In this document: in pieces, positions 42,837 to 51,757 of the stretch
Numbering within the stretch: the stretch's first letter is position 1
Layout of the letters: each line of letters opens with the position of its first letter
Origin: Dehalococcoidia bacterium
GTDB taxonomy: Bacteria > Chloroflexota > Dehalococcoidia > SHYD01
Direction of reading: 5' to 3'
NCBI GenBank assembly: GCA_009692945.1
Contig: SHYD01000001.1
Coordinates: 77,898-136,494 of the forward strand
DNA: 58,597 bases
The notes under the pieces: model-generated
Databases searched by the model: none
Told to the model about the DNA's origin: nothing
Seen by the model: only the letters and a program-made list of their open reading frames with translations
Program-made: the position numbers and the translations under genes

Positions 42837-44876
42837 CTACGAAGGCCACTTCTTGATCACTTTACCCTGTTCAAAAGTTGCGGTGAGCACCGGCGTCTCA
42901 ATACCCCGGGATTGTTTCGCGGTGAGCTTGACCTCCCACGACTTGAGCTTCCCTCCCGCCTCGGTGAGAGTCACCGACGCCTCGATCCCGATGGCGGAAG
43001 TCCGTGAGGTTTCGACCTCCTTGCTTGGGTCAAACTTCTCGAACTTGATCTGAGGGTCGCTCTTGACGGCAGTTTTGACGGTGTCTACCATCGACGCAAA
43101 ATCTCCCACCATGTTCGCTCCGGTGGCCGCCGCGTTGGGGTCCTCCTCAGCGGCGGATTCGGCCTTTTCTGCCAACAGCGGTGTCATGCGGGTCGCCATA
43201 TTGCCAATATAGGCGACGAGTGCCGACCCGGCGCCACCGCCCCCCAATTCCAACAGATTGAACATGGCGCTGGCGCTGATTTCCAGTTCCCGTTCTTCCG
43301 ATCCGATTGTGTATTCCGCCGACCCCGAGAACGGCCCGAACTCGGCCTCGAACCCAAGCACGCCCTCCATTTTGGTCTGACCCGACGACTTGCGCGCGCC
43401 CCGGGCCTTGGGCATCCGCAGCGCCGCCAGTTCCTTCACCGACAGTTCATCCAGCTTCTTGCCGCCGGTCTGTTTGTGGATGGACGCCTCGACAGACTCC
43501 TTGTTGTACTCGGTGAAATGCCGCGCCTTGGCAGACCCGCCCAATTTGCCACCCGTCACACCACCCTCTGCCTTGATCGATGCATAGGCGCCCCTCCGGA
43601 CAAACCGCTCGCGGTCGTCGGTGCCCTTCGCCAGAACGCCCTTTTCAACCTTGGACGCCCAGCGCTCAGCGAGCTTGTAGCCCTGCCGGGACATGGTGCC
43701 GCCCCACATATAACTGGCCACCTCCCGCGGCAGCACGGAGGACTCCCGGAACTTCTGATACATGGCATAGGAGATGAGTTTCATCACCTCGACACCGGAC
43801 CCACCCTTGGCCTCGATGAAGCCGCCGAGTTCGCCCTGGAGTTTGGCCACGCCGATCGAACCACCGGCCGTCACTCCCAGTTCATTGCCGACCTCGACAT
43901 CGTTTTTATCGTCCTTTTCCGCGCTCATGGTGAGATGGAACCCTATCTCTACACCCGAGGGCGGGATCGGGATGGCCAGATCGAACTCGAACTCGGCAGT
44001 GGTGTCCGGCTGAGGTACGGCCAGGTCGATCAGACCCGCCAACCGCTCCGACGCTTGTTTGAAGTCTCCGGTCAGTTTGTCCTGGACCTTTTTGGTCTTG
44101 GCGTCCGGGGCCACCACCGCGGCCTGCTGCCCTTCCGGGAACTTGACCGCCTCCAGTTTGGCCTTCTCGGCCAGGGCCATCGACTCGAGGTTCTTGACCC
44201 CAGGTGTCCGTTTCGCCACCGCATCGGACGTTCCGTCGGCGTTCTCCTCCCGCCACTGTGCTGTTACGTCCAGTATCTCTTCGAGCACCGCCACCAGCGT
44301 GTCCCGCTGGCTGGAGTTTTCCGGAGGAGCGGTGAGGCCGTGGTACTCGTCCAGCCACTGGTCGATCTCGGTCAGGGTCCCGCCCCGCACGCTGGTGCGG
44401 TCCACATAGGTTGCTGCAGAGAACGTTTCGGCCGTGATCAGCCGCTGGACGGCCGGTGCCTCAGGATAGATAAGCCGGATATTTTCGTTGCCGCGGGCGG
44501 GGTCCGGCAAAGCAAGCCTCGCCAGCTTGGGAAGCGCCACCGAACGGGCTCGACTCGGCGCAGTCGCAGCAGCCGAGGATTGGGAACGGGGACTTACTCC
44601 CCCCGGAACGCCCGCGCCAACACGGGCGACACCGCCGGTCTGCGCCATGCGCTGCAACGTCTGGTTTCCCAGCGTGCGCTGTAACGCCAGGATGGCTGGA
44701 GAGGATATTCCCCGTCCTACGGCCATGGCCGTTTGCAGTGAGGCTACCGCAATCGCAGGACCCATGGCGCCGGCTTCCGGAAACCTTGCCTCGGCCTCGG
44801 TCTGGGAGACCGTCGCCGGGCGTGGCGCCGGGTCTTTATCCGAACGCTGGCTGCGAAGTTGAGAATTCTTTGCCAC
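42837..44876 (-). CDS. Putative eCIS cargo/effector protein
   Basis: ILALQRTLGNQTLQRM and PAVQR leader motifs followed by unrecognised domains; start uncertain (GTG 44876 behind GAGGAG; frame open to 44969). Confidence 0.65.
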   Translation of the reverse strand: MAKNSQLRSQRSDKDPAPRPATVSQTEAEARFPEAGAMGPAIAVASLQTAMAVGRGISSPAILALQRTLGNQTLQRMAQTGGVARVGAGVPGGVSPRSQSSAAATAPSRARSVALPKLARLALPDPARGNENIRLIYPEAPAVQRLITAETFSAATYVDRTSVRGGTLTEIDQWLDEYHGLTAPPENSSQRDTLVAVLEEILDVTAQWREENADGTSDAVAKRTPGVKNLESMALAEKAKLEAVKFPEGQQAAVVAPDAKTKKVQDKLTGDFKQASERLAGLIDLAVPQPDTTAEFEFDLAIPIPPSGVEIGFHLTMSAEKDDKNDVEVGNELGVTAGGSIGVAKLQGELGGFIEAKGGSGVEVMKLISYAMYQKFRESSVLPREVASYMWGGTMSRQGYKLAERWASKVEKGVLAKGTDDRERFVRRGAYASIKAEGGVTGGKLGGSAKARHFTEYNKESVEASIHKQTGGKKLDELSVKELAALRMPKARGARKSSGQTKMEGVLGFEAEFGPFSGSAEYTIGSEERELEISASAMFNLLELGGGGAGSALVAYIGNMATRMTPLLAEKAESAAEEDPNAAATGANMVGDFASMVDTVKTAVKSDPQIKFEKFDPSKEVETSRTSAIGIEASVTLTEAGGKLKSWEVKLTAKQSRGIETPVLTATFEQGKVIKKWPS

Positions 44877-45001
44877 GCTTCTCCTCACCGATTCCTCCCG
44901 CCGCCCGCTCCAATGGGCGACGATCTGGGACAAATTACCCCAACCCATCATCCCAACAGGCTGGGCCAACGGGGTGATCCCGCGTCGGTTTGGCCTTCGA
45001 G

Positions 45002-45817
45002 TTAGCCCTGAAGCAGCTCCTCCTCGGGGCCTGCCCGCTGGACGTAGCCCTGAAGCAGCTCCTCCTCGGGGCCTGCCCGCTGGACGTAGCCCTGAAGCAG
45101 CTCCTCGTCCTCGGGGCCTGCGCGTTGGATAGGAGAAGGGCTCGCAGGCGCGGACGCCGAGGTGGGTTTGGCGCCATCGGCCGTGGAGCCAACCAACCGG
45201 TCCGCCTGATGCACCGCAGCCCGCTCGTAAGGATCGCCGGGGCTGCTGATCGCCACGCCGCCGGCAACCGGCGTTCCGGCGACCGGCCCCGACCTTTGCT
45301 GCACCACATGGGTGGCCTCGTGGGCCAACATTCGGATTCCTTCCGGCGCGTCCGGCTGGTAGTTGCCGGACCTGAAAAAGATATCGGACCCGGTGGTGAA
45401 CGCTTCTGCGTTGACGGCCTGCGCCAGCCGATCCGCCTCGGAATCGGCATGGACCCGAACACCTGAAAGGTCGGCCCCCAAGCCAGACTCGAGGCTACGC
45501 TGGAGCGGCGCCGCCAGCGGTTGACCACTTCCGGCAGCATTCTTGATCTGGCGGCCGAGGTCGGGAGTGGGTCGCCCCTCTTCTTTGGTGGCGATGGCCA
45601 GGCGCTGGATCGCAGCGTTTCCCAGGCCGTGTACGCCGCCGCTCAACACTGCTGCACGGGCGCCGAGTTCTGCGGCTACTTGCTGCAAGGCCTGATTGCC
45701 CAGCGAAGGGGAAATATCCGATGCAGCAGACGATCGATCAGCCTCGACCTGCTCAGCGGCGATAGGCCTGGGCAATTTGCGGGCTAGCCGCTCAGAAATG
45801 TTGGCCGAACCTTCCAT
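45002..45817 (-). CDS. DUF4157 protein ending in QRAGPEEELLQGYV repeats
   Basis: LGNAAIQRL, GADLSGVRVHAD, AEAFTTGSDIFF, LAHEATHVVQQ, SSPGDPYERAA; ATG 45817 with GGAGG RBS. Confidence 0.9.
   Translation of the reverse strand: MEGSANISERLARKLPRPIAAEQVEADRSSAASDISPSLGNQALQQVAAELGARAAVLSGGVHGLGNAAIQRLAIATKEEGRPTPDLGRQIKNAAGSGQPLAAPLQRSLESGLGADLSGVRVHADSEADRLAQAVNAEAFTTGSDIFFRSGNYQPDAPEGIRMLAHEATHVVQQRSGPVAGTPVAGGVAISSPGDPYERAAVHQADRLVGSTADGAKPTSASAPASPSPIQRAGPEDEELLQGYVQRAGPEEELLQGYVQRAGPEEELLQG
45003..45125 (-). repeat. 42-bp coding tandem repeat, about 3 copies
   Basis: + strand unit GTAGCCCTGAAGCAGCTCCTCCTCGGGGCCTGCCCGCTGGAC. Confidence 0.9.
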
Positions 45818-45876
45818 TTGAGGGGCCTCCCTTAACTCCAAGGCGTTGTCTTGGGTGCACTCCAAGGCATCCCGGA

Positions 45877-45908
45877 ACGGTAGCATTGGCCGGTTAATAT
45901 TTGGTTAT
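45877..45908 (-). promoter_or_regulatory. Effector/ATPase-operon promoter: two TAACC repeats at 11-bp period plus extended -10
   Basis: GGTTA on + strand at 45892 and 45903; minus-strand TGcTACCGT at 45885-45877. Confidence 0.65.
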
Positions 45909-45925
45909 TTAGACGCCGATTTCCA

Positions 45926-45955
45926 TTGACGCAGGCACAAGCCGTCCGCTATGCT
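45926..45955 (+). promoter_or_regulatory. Sigma-70-type promoter of the FHA-SARP-kinase operon
   Basis: TTGACG-18 nt-TATGCT. Confidence 0.6.
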
Positions 45956-46019
45956 TAACCGCGTTCGGCGGACTCTGGAGAGGGCGATCCGAGCTAACCG
46001 GCTGCGGAGGTCAGATCGA

Positions 46020-46634
46020 TTGCCGAAACATTCCTGGGCCGTGTTGCTCGCCATCGTGTTGGCCGCCACGGTTGTGGACCGGACCGAGGCGGCGAATCAG
46101 GCTGCGGCGGCGCCCGAATCGCCCCAATCGGCGATGCTCACCGTGGCGGTGCTACTCGGGATCGGCCTGTTGGCCGGCTTGCTTGTGTTCCGCCATGGCG
46201 GCCCCCCCGCCCAATCCGAGGTCGAGGAGATCGAGGCCGACCCTGATGAGACCGAAACGCTGACGGAAGTGGCCAGCGCAGGCTCGGATTCGGCGCCCCT
46301 CGCCGCACAACTGATATTCGATACGCCGGAGGGCCGGAGCCAAGTACTGCTGCACGGCGAGGAGTCGATTCTGGGGCGGGACCCCCTGGCGACCGTGGTG
46401 TTGACGGACCCCTTGGCCTCCCGGCAGCATGCCCGCATCACCCGGCACGAGGGCGAGTACTGGATCGAAGACCTGCGAAGCATGAATGGGACCCTGGTGA
46501 ATGGGACCGCCCTGAGCCGGCAGCGCCTTGAACCCGATGACCTCATACAGATCGGACAGGCCAGGATCACGTTCGCTTTGGAAAGCCCGGCGGCCAGCGG
46601 AGCGCCCGCCGCTCCCCCCCCGGTCCATGACTGA
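46020..46634 (+). CDS. Membrane-anchored FHA domain protein
   Basis: Two N-terminal hydrophobic segments; LGRD, ASRQHARI, DLRSMNGTLVNG FHA motifs; TTG 46020 behind GGAGG. Confidence 0.88.
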   Translation: MPKHSWAVLLAIVLAATVVDRTEAANQAAAAPESPQSAMLTVAVLLGIGLLAGLLVFRHGGPPAQSEVEEIEADPDETETLTEVASAGSDSAPLAAQLIFDTPEGRSQVLLHGEESILGRDPLATVVLTDPLASRQHARITRHEGEYWIEDLRSMNGTLVNGTALSRQRLEPDDLIQIGQARITFALESPAASGAPAAPPPVHD

Positions 46635-47511
46635 GGCCCAACGTACCATGGACTCAGGGCGCCGCCATCCAGTGGCGGTTGCCATGGCGCACCATCCCGG
46701 CTCGTCCGCGACGCCGGTGCCCCCCGCGCCTCTGGCAACTGACGCCGGCGGGGACCTCGCTGTGTTGGTCACCTGCTTGGGCCGCTTTCAGTTCAGTCTG
46801 CCTGCGGGCCACCCGATTGAGTGGCGGTCCACCAAGAGCCGGGCACTGCTCCAATATTTGTTGAACCATCGCGACCGTCCCATACAGCGCGACACCCTGA
46901 TTGATGCCTTATGGCCTGATCCCAGAGCCCTCGCACCGGCCACCTCCCTGAAGGTAGCGGTGCACGGGCTCCGGCACGCCCTGGCAGCAGGGGGGGGCGG
47001 TATCCCCGTCACCATTGTCGCCCACCACTCTGCCTATTCGTTGGAGGCATCCCGGATCTGGTTGGACGTGGAGGAGTTCGAACACTGCTACCAGACAGGC
47101 CGCGCCTCGGAAGCGAGGGGATTCGCCGCCGAGGCGTTGAGGTATTACGCCCGTGCGGCCGAACTCTACCGGGGTGACTTTCTGGAAGAAATAGCCGACG
47201 AGTGGCCGGTGTTCCGGAGGGAAGCCCTGAAGGACCAGTATCTCTTCTTGGCCACCGCACTGGCCCGGGCCGCGATCACGTCCGGCGATTATCAGGAGGG
47301 CGTGACCCTGTGCCAGCAGATCCTCACCAAGGACCGGTGTCGCGAAGAAGCGTACCAGATGCTCATGGTGTGCCACAGCAAACTCGGGCAGCGCGGGCGG
47401 ATCCGGTGCTGGTACAACCTGTGCGTGCGCACCTTGAAGACCGAACTGGACTGCAGCCCCGCTCCCGAAACCTCAGATACCTACCTGCGGGCCCTGACCG
47501 GCGCCCTATGA
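46627..47511 (+). CDS. AfsR/SARP-family transcriptional activator (winged HTH + BTAD)
   Basis: CLGRFQ, KSRALLQYL, RDTLIDALWP, WLDVEEF, LYRGDFLE, REEAYQMLM, ELDCSPAPET. Confidence 0.9.
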   Translation: MTEAQRTMDSGRRHPVAVAMAHHPGSSATPVPPAPLATDAGGDLAVLVTCLGRFQFSLPAGHPIEWRSTKSRALLQYLLNHRDRPIQRDTLIDALWPDPRALAPATSLKVAVHGLRHALAAGGGGIPVTIVAHHSAYSLEASRIWLDVEEFEHCYQTGRASEARGFAAEALRYYARAAELYRGDFLEEIADEWPVFRREALKDQYLFLATALARAAITSGDYQEGVTLCQQILTKDRCREEAYQMLMVCHSKLGQRGRIRCWYNLCVRTLKTELDCSPAPETSDTYLRALTGAL

Positions 47512-50465
47512 CTTTCGCTGCCGCGCCAACGGTCCCCGGGTACCGGCTCCTTCGCCGTATCGGCAGAGGTGGATCGGGCGAGGTGTATGAAGGCCGTGCT
47601 GAGGCAACCGGCGGACGCGTCGCCGTTAAGGTGCTCCACGTTGGGGCAGGAGGACGCCATGCGGGAAGTGAACTCGACCATGAATGGGACGCGCCGCACC
47701 TGGGGGAGACCCGGCATGGGGCCCTGATGCCAACATATGCTGTGGGGCAGACCGCCTCGGTCCGCTATTCGGTGATGCCCCTAGCCGAGGGGGGCAGCCT
47801 CAAACGTCTCATCAGCGCCGGGTGTCCGCTGCCGGTGGAGTGGGCCGCCGGTGTGATCGAACAGATTGCGTCCGCCCTCGAACACCTGCATCAGCACAGG
47901 CTGCTGCATCTCGACGTCAAACCCTCGAACGTGCTGCTCACGGGCGACGGCCGGGCGCTATTGGGGGATCTGGGGAACGCCCGCGCGGTCAACGGAGGGG
48001 ACCAAACCGCGCTCAGGGGACTCATCGGCGGCACTCCGGGGTACATGGCGCCGGAGCAGCGGCACGGTGGACCCCTGGACGCCCGCACTGACGTGTTCGG
48101 TCTGGCGGTGACCGCCTGCGAGTTGCTGACGGGATGCCAACCATTCCCCAAGGATTCACCCACCACCGCCCAGGCCATCCCGCAGGCCACTCTGAATCCG
48201 AGGCTCAACCAGCGGGTGGGCGCGGTGCTCCTGCGAGGCATGGCGCCAAACCCCGAAGACCGCTTCGAGTCCGCGGGCGGATTCGCAGCGGCGCTCACGG
48301 CATCACTTCGCCCGTTTCGTCATCATCCGAACTTTTGGGCGCCAGTTGGCCGGTGGGAGTCCCCCACGAACGGCGGTAAGGGTTGGGCGGATGGGAAGCT
48401 CCAACCAGCGGAGTTGAACAGCGCAGGGGGCCGTGTTACGCGCAATGCGCTGCCGCCAACACTGTTGCTGCTGCTGGTGGGGCTAGGGGGGATGCTGCTT
48501 GCAGCAAACTCCGATGCCGGGGGGGGCATGGTGGCAGTGGCCGGTTGGTTGTTGGCTGTGCGCTGGGGCATCGCCTCGGCCTCGCTCCGCTGGGCGCCCG
48601 CCCTCCTGGGCCGCCTGCTGGTGGCCGCACCCACCCTGCTGCCCCCGACCCGGACCAGGGCCTGGCAGGCGGGTTGCCGGGCCACAATCCTCCTAGTTGC
48701 GGACCTCGCGTTGTGCGCCTTTGCCACGGCGGCCTTGTTGGCCGGTCCGCTCCCCATTGACAACACCATGGAGGCCGGACGTTCCCTGACCCTGGGTTGG
48801 GCCGCCGTGCTTACCTGCCTCGTCGCGGGAGCCCGGCTGCTCCGAAGCAGTGGACTGGGAACGTTGCCCCTCGCTTTGCTGGCGGCCAGCCCGGGGCTGA
48901 TGGCGCTTCCAAACCTGTTGGGGCTGGGTCCGCCCACGGCAGGTTGGTTCAGGGCGGCGGTGGCCTTGGAGATTCTCATTGCGATCGCGCTTGGCCGTAG
49001 CGGGTGGGCGCCCTGGACCCGAGCGCTTGTATCAGCATTGCGCCGAAGCCGCCATGGGCCCGCAACTCCGGCGCACGGCCGGGCGAGTTCACCTGATACC
49101 CCCGGCCGCCAGCGCCCGGTTCGGGCGGCGGCGCTGGGATTGGTCCTGCTGTGCCTCGCCGGTTGCGCGGGAGATCAGGCTGGCCCGCAACCCGTCGCGG
49201 CCCCCACGCCGTCGTCCGGCGCGGCGGAATCGGTCCCCATAGACGCCATCGAACTGACACAGCCGGTGGAACTGGTTTTCTGGCACCAACACAGCGTCGA
49301 ATTCGACCCGTTGCAGCAGCGGATCATCGATGAATTCACCACCCGCCACCCCAACATCACGATCAAGACCGAGGCCTTTCCGCACTACAACCGCATCTAC
49401 CAAAGGGTGTTGGGAGCCATCCAGGCGGGCGGGAACTCGACGCCCGATCTGGTGGCGACGTTCGAGTCCCAGGCGGCCGAATACTATGAGGCTGGGGCGG
49501 TGGCGCCTTTCGATGACTACGTGGCGAGCCCGCGCTACGGCCTGACGGCCGCGGAACAAGCGGATTTCGTCCCATCGTACATCGACGCCACCCGGTTCCC
49601 TCAGTACGGCGGCAAACGCTTGACGTACCCCTTCACCAAGAGCGCGCTCCTGCTGTACACCAACCTGCGGGTGCTGCGTTCCTTGGGCTTCCAGCAGCCG
49701 GCCGCCACTTGGGGTGAGTTTCTGTCCCACTGCCGGAGGGCTGCGTCCTTGAACCGGGAGTGTTACGCCATGGAAGCGGACCCTTCCACGGTGGACGGCA
49801 TCATTTTCAGTTACGGCGGCGAGGTTGCCGCGCCCGACGGCACCCGGAGCCGATTCGATGAACCGGCGACGGCCGCCGCCCTCGACCTGTATGCGACCCT
49901 CGGCGAGGAACGGCTGGGCTACCTGGCGCCGGGTTCGGGACTCCAGATTGCGGACCTAGCCTCGGGCAAGGCGCTGTACCTGATGCGGTCCAGTTCGGCG
50001 CTCCCTCGACTGGACGCCCGGTTCCCGAACCCGAACGACTGGGAGGTCAGCATCATCCCTCAAGGCCGGCCGGACAAAAAGGTGACCGTGCTCTATGGCG
50101 CCAACATCACGATCATGAAGTCCACTCCCGAAAAACAACTGGCGGCATGGCTGTTCATCAAATACTTCACGCAGCCCGACGTCACGGCCCGCTGGGGATT
50201 GGACCCCTCGAACGGCTACTTTCCGCTGCGCAGTTCCGGGTTGAACACCCCCGAATCCCGCAGGATCCTCGGCGAAAACCCTCATTTCGCCAAGGCGCTG
50301 GAGATATCCCGCTTCGCGCGGGTGGAGCCCAGTGCCCTGGGGTGGCAACAAGTGCGTCTGTTGCTTCAGGAAGCCGCCACCGACGTTTTCCTAGGCAGGC
50401 TTTCGGTGGACGAAGCCCGGCGGGTCTTGGTGGAGCGCGCCAACCGGGTGCTGGGCCAGCAGTAG
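47508..50465 (+). CDS. Ser/Thr protein kinase - transmembrane - extracellular solute-binding protein (family 1) fusion
   Basis: GRGGSG, VAVK, HLDVKPSN, DLG, GTPGYMAPE; several TM helices; LCLAGC; SBP motifs LVFWHQH, FTTRHPNITIK, QLAAWLFIKY; ATG overlaps the SARP stop (ATGA). Confidence 0.85.
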   Translation: MTFAAAPTVPGYRLLRRIGRGGSGEVYEGRAEATGGRVAVKVLHVGAGGRHAGSELDHEWDAPHLGETRHGALMPTYAVGQTASVRYSVMPLAEGGSLKRLISAGCPLPVEWAAGVIEQIASALEHLHQHRLLHLDVKPSNVLLTGDGRALLGDLGNARAVNGGDQTALRGLIGGTPGYMAPEQRHGGPLDARTDVFGLAVTACELLTGCQPFPKDSPTTAQAIPQATLNPRLNQRVGAVLLRGMAPNPEDRFESAGGFAAALTASLRPFRHHPNFWAPVGRWESPTNGGKGWADGKLQPAELNSAGGRVTRNALPPTLLLLLVGLGGMLLAANSDAGGGMVAVAGWLLAVRWGIASASLRWAPALLGRLLVAAPTLLPPTRTRAWQAGCRATILLVADLALCAFATAALLAGPLPIDNTMEAGRSLTLGWAAVLTCLVAGARLLRSSGLGTLPLALLAASPGLMALPNLLGLGPPTAGWFRAAVALEILIAIALGRSGWAPWTRALVSALRRSRHGPATPAHGRASSPDTPGRQRPVRAAALGLVLLCLAGCAGDQAGPQPVAAPTPSSGAAESVPIDAIELTQPVELVFWHQHSVEFDPLQQRIIDEFTTRHPNITIKTEAFPHYNRIYQRVLGAIQAGGNSTPDLVATFESQAAEYYEAGAVAPFDDYVASPRYGLTAAEQADFVPSYIDATRFPQYGGKRLTYPFTKSALLLYTNLRVLRSLGFQQPAATWGEFLSHCRRAASLNRECYAMEADPSTVDGIIFSYGGEVAAPDGTRSRFDEPATAAALDLYATLGEERLGYLAPGSGLQIADLASGKALYLMRSSSALPRLDARFPNPNDWEVSIIPQGRPDKKVTVLYGANITIMKSTPEKQLAAWLFIKYFTQPDVTARWGLDPSNGYFPLRSSGLNTPESRRILGENPHFAKALEISRFARVEPSALGWQQVRLLLQEAATDVFLGRLSVDEARRVLVERANRVLGQQ

Positions 50466-50571
50466 CCCTGCCGTTCCAGGTGCGTGCTTCCGGGGTCATG
50501 CCAAACCGCTCACCACGAGCGGTCGCAACCACCCGATTCAAGAGTCTCCAAAAAGAGTACCGGCGCTCCCG

Positions 50572-50997
50572 CTATCCGGGTTGTTGCTGGGTCCCGGTCT
50601 CAGGCTGGCCCAAGGGAAGCACCATCCGTTCAAACAGCCGTTCCAGTTCGCCGACGGGATTGGTCGTGAGGCCGGAGTGGACGGGTGAAGTCTGGATGAC
50701 CGTGCTGCGGGGCGCCACCAGCCAGTGGAACCGCTCCGCAATCGGCAACAGCGCGATGGGTCCGCCAGCGGCAGCGCCTTCGGCAATCCGGGAAAACACC
50801 TCCAAATACGCCCGGACCTCAGGAGGAGCGGCGTCAGGTGCCAGCACCGCCAGCCTGGCGTCATCAGGGTTCACCCTTATGCCGAGGAAGCGCAGCACCC
50901 GGCAGAAGACGATGACCCCCACGTTGATGAACTCCTCCCGCTCAACGTGGGGGACAACCCGGATCAGCGCGTAGTCAAACGAGCAGCGATCGGGCAC
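50572..50997 (-). CDS. DUF3037 domain protein
   Basis: FDYALIRVVPHVEREEFINVGVI, RFHWLVAPRSTVIQTSPVHSG; GTG 50997. Confidence 0.88.
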   Translation of the reverse strand: MPDRCSFDYALIRVVPHVEREEFINVGVIVFCRVLRFLGIRVNPDDARLAVLAPDAAPPEVRAYLEVFSRIAEGAAAGGPIALLPIAERFHWLVAPRSTVIQTSPVHSGLTTNPVGELERLFERMVLPLGQPETGTQQQPG

Positions 50998-51757
50998 GGA
51001 GCGCCTCCTGAAGGAAGATGTGCGACTGGGCCGTCCGGCCAACCAGGTACTCCAGATAGCCCGATCGTGCTGCCGGGGCTCCCGGGAACGACGGGTCTCC
51101 CAGGAGCCACTCATCCGGAACCAACGCGATGATCGCCGCAAGCGCTTCACGCGTCAGCATCGGAACAAGGCGTTTATCCGCTTCACCCAGCGCTACGGCC
51201 AACCTGAGCAGTACATGGTCCTTGATGGGCACGAAGGGGTCGGGAATCCTCTCCCGGTACCTGGGCCAGTTGAAGTGGAAGTTGAGTGCGGCACCGTGGT
51301 CGATCAACCACAGCTTGCGGTGCCACAACAGCATGTTGGTGTTGCGAGGCGAACGGTCGACGTTGGTCACATACGCATCGAACCAGACGATGGCCGAGGC
51401 CATAGCGGTGTCAACTGGGGGTGGCATCGCGGCCTCGTAGGCAAAGGAACCGGGGAGGTAGTCCACCGCCAGGTTCAGTCCTGCACTTCTGGTAATCAGG
51501 TCGCGGACCTCCGAGTCTGCCTCGGAGCGGCCCAAGGCGGGGTCGAGTTGGGCGAAGACCAGTTCGGGTACCGGGAGGCCCAGGAGCCGGGCGATTTCGC
51601 CAGCCACCAACTCGGCGATGAGCGCTTTCGGGCCCTGTCCGGCGCCGCGGAACTTGAGCACATAGGTGCCGAGGTCGTCGGCCTCCACGATGGCGGGGAG
51701 GGAGCCGCCTTCTCGCAGTGGGGTAACGTAGCGGGTGATGAGAACGGTTCGGATCAT
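50975..51757 (-). CDS. HipA-like kinase
   Basis: RYVTPLREGGSLP, YVLKFRGAGQG, NVDRSPRNTNML, WLIDHGA. Confidence 0.88.
   Translation of the reverse strand: MIRTVLITRYVTPLREGGSLPAIVEADDLGTYVLKFRGAGQGPKALIAELVAGEIARLLGLPVPELVFAQLDPALGRSEADSEVRDLITRSAGLNLAVDYLPGSFAYEAAMPPPVDTAMASAIVWFDAYVTNVDRSPRNTNMLLWHRKLWLIDHGAALNFHFNWPRYRERIPDPFVPIKDHVLLRLAVALGEADKRLVPMLTREALAAIIALVPDEWLLGDPSFPGAPAARSGYLEYLVGRTAQSHIFLQEALRARSLLV

Noticed and set aside
45003-45125. CRISPR array
   Set aside because: Units are contiguous with no unique spacers, in frame and coding; no cas genes in the window
47202-47507. N-terminal extension of the kinase ORF
   Set aside because: Overlaps the SARP gene out of frame; kinase motifs begin after the coupled ATG at 47508
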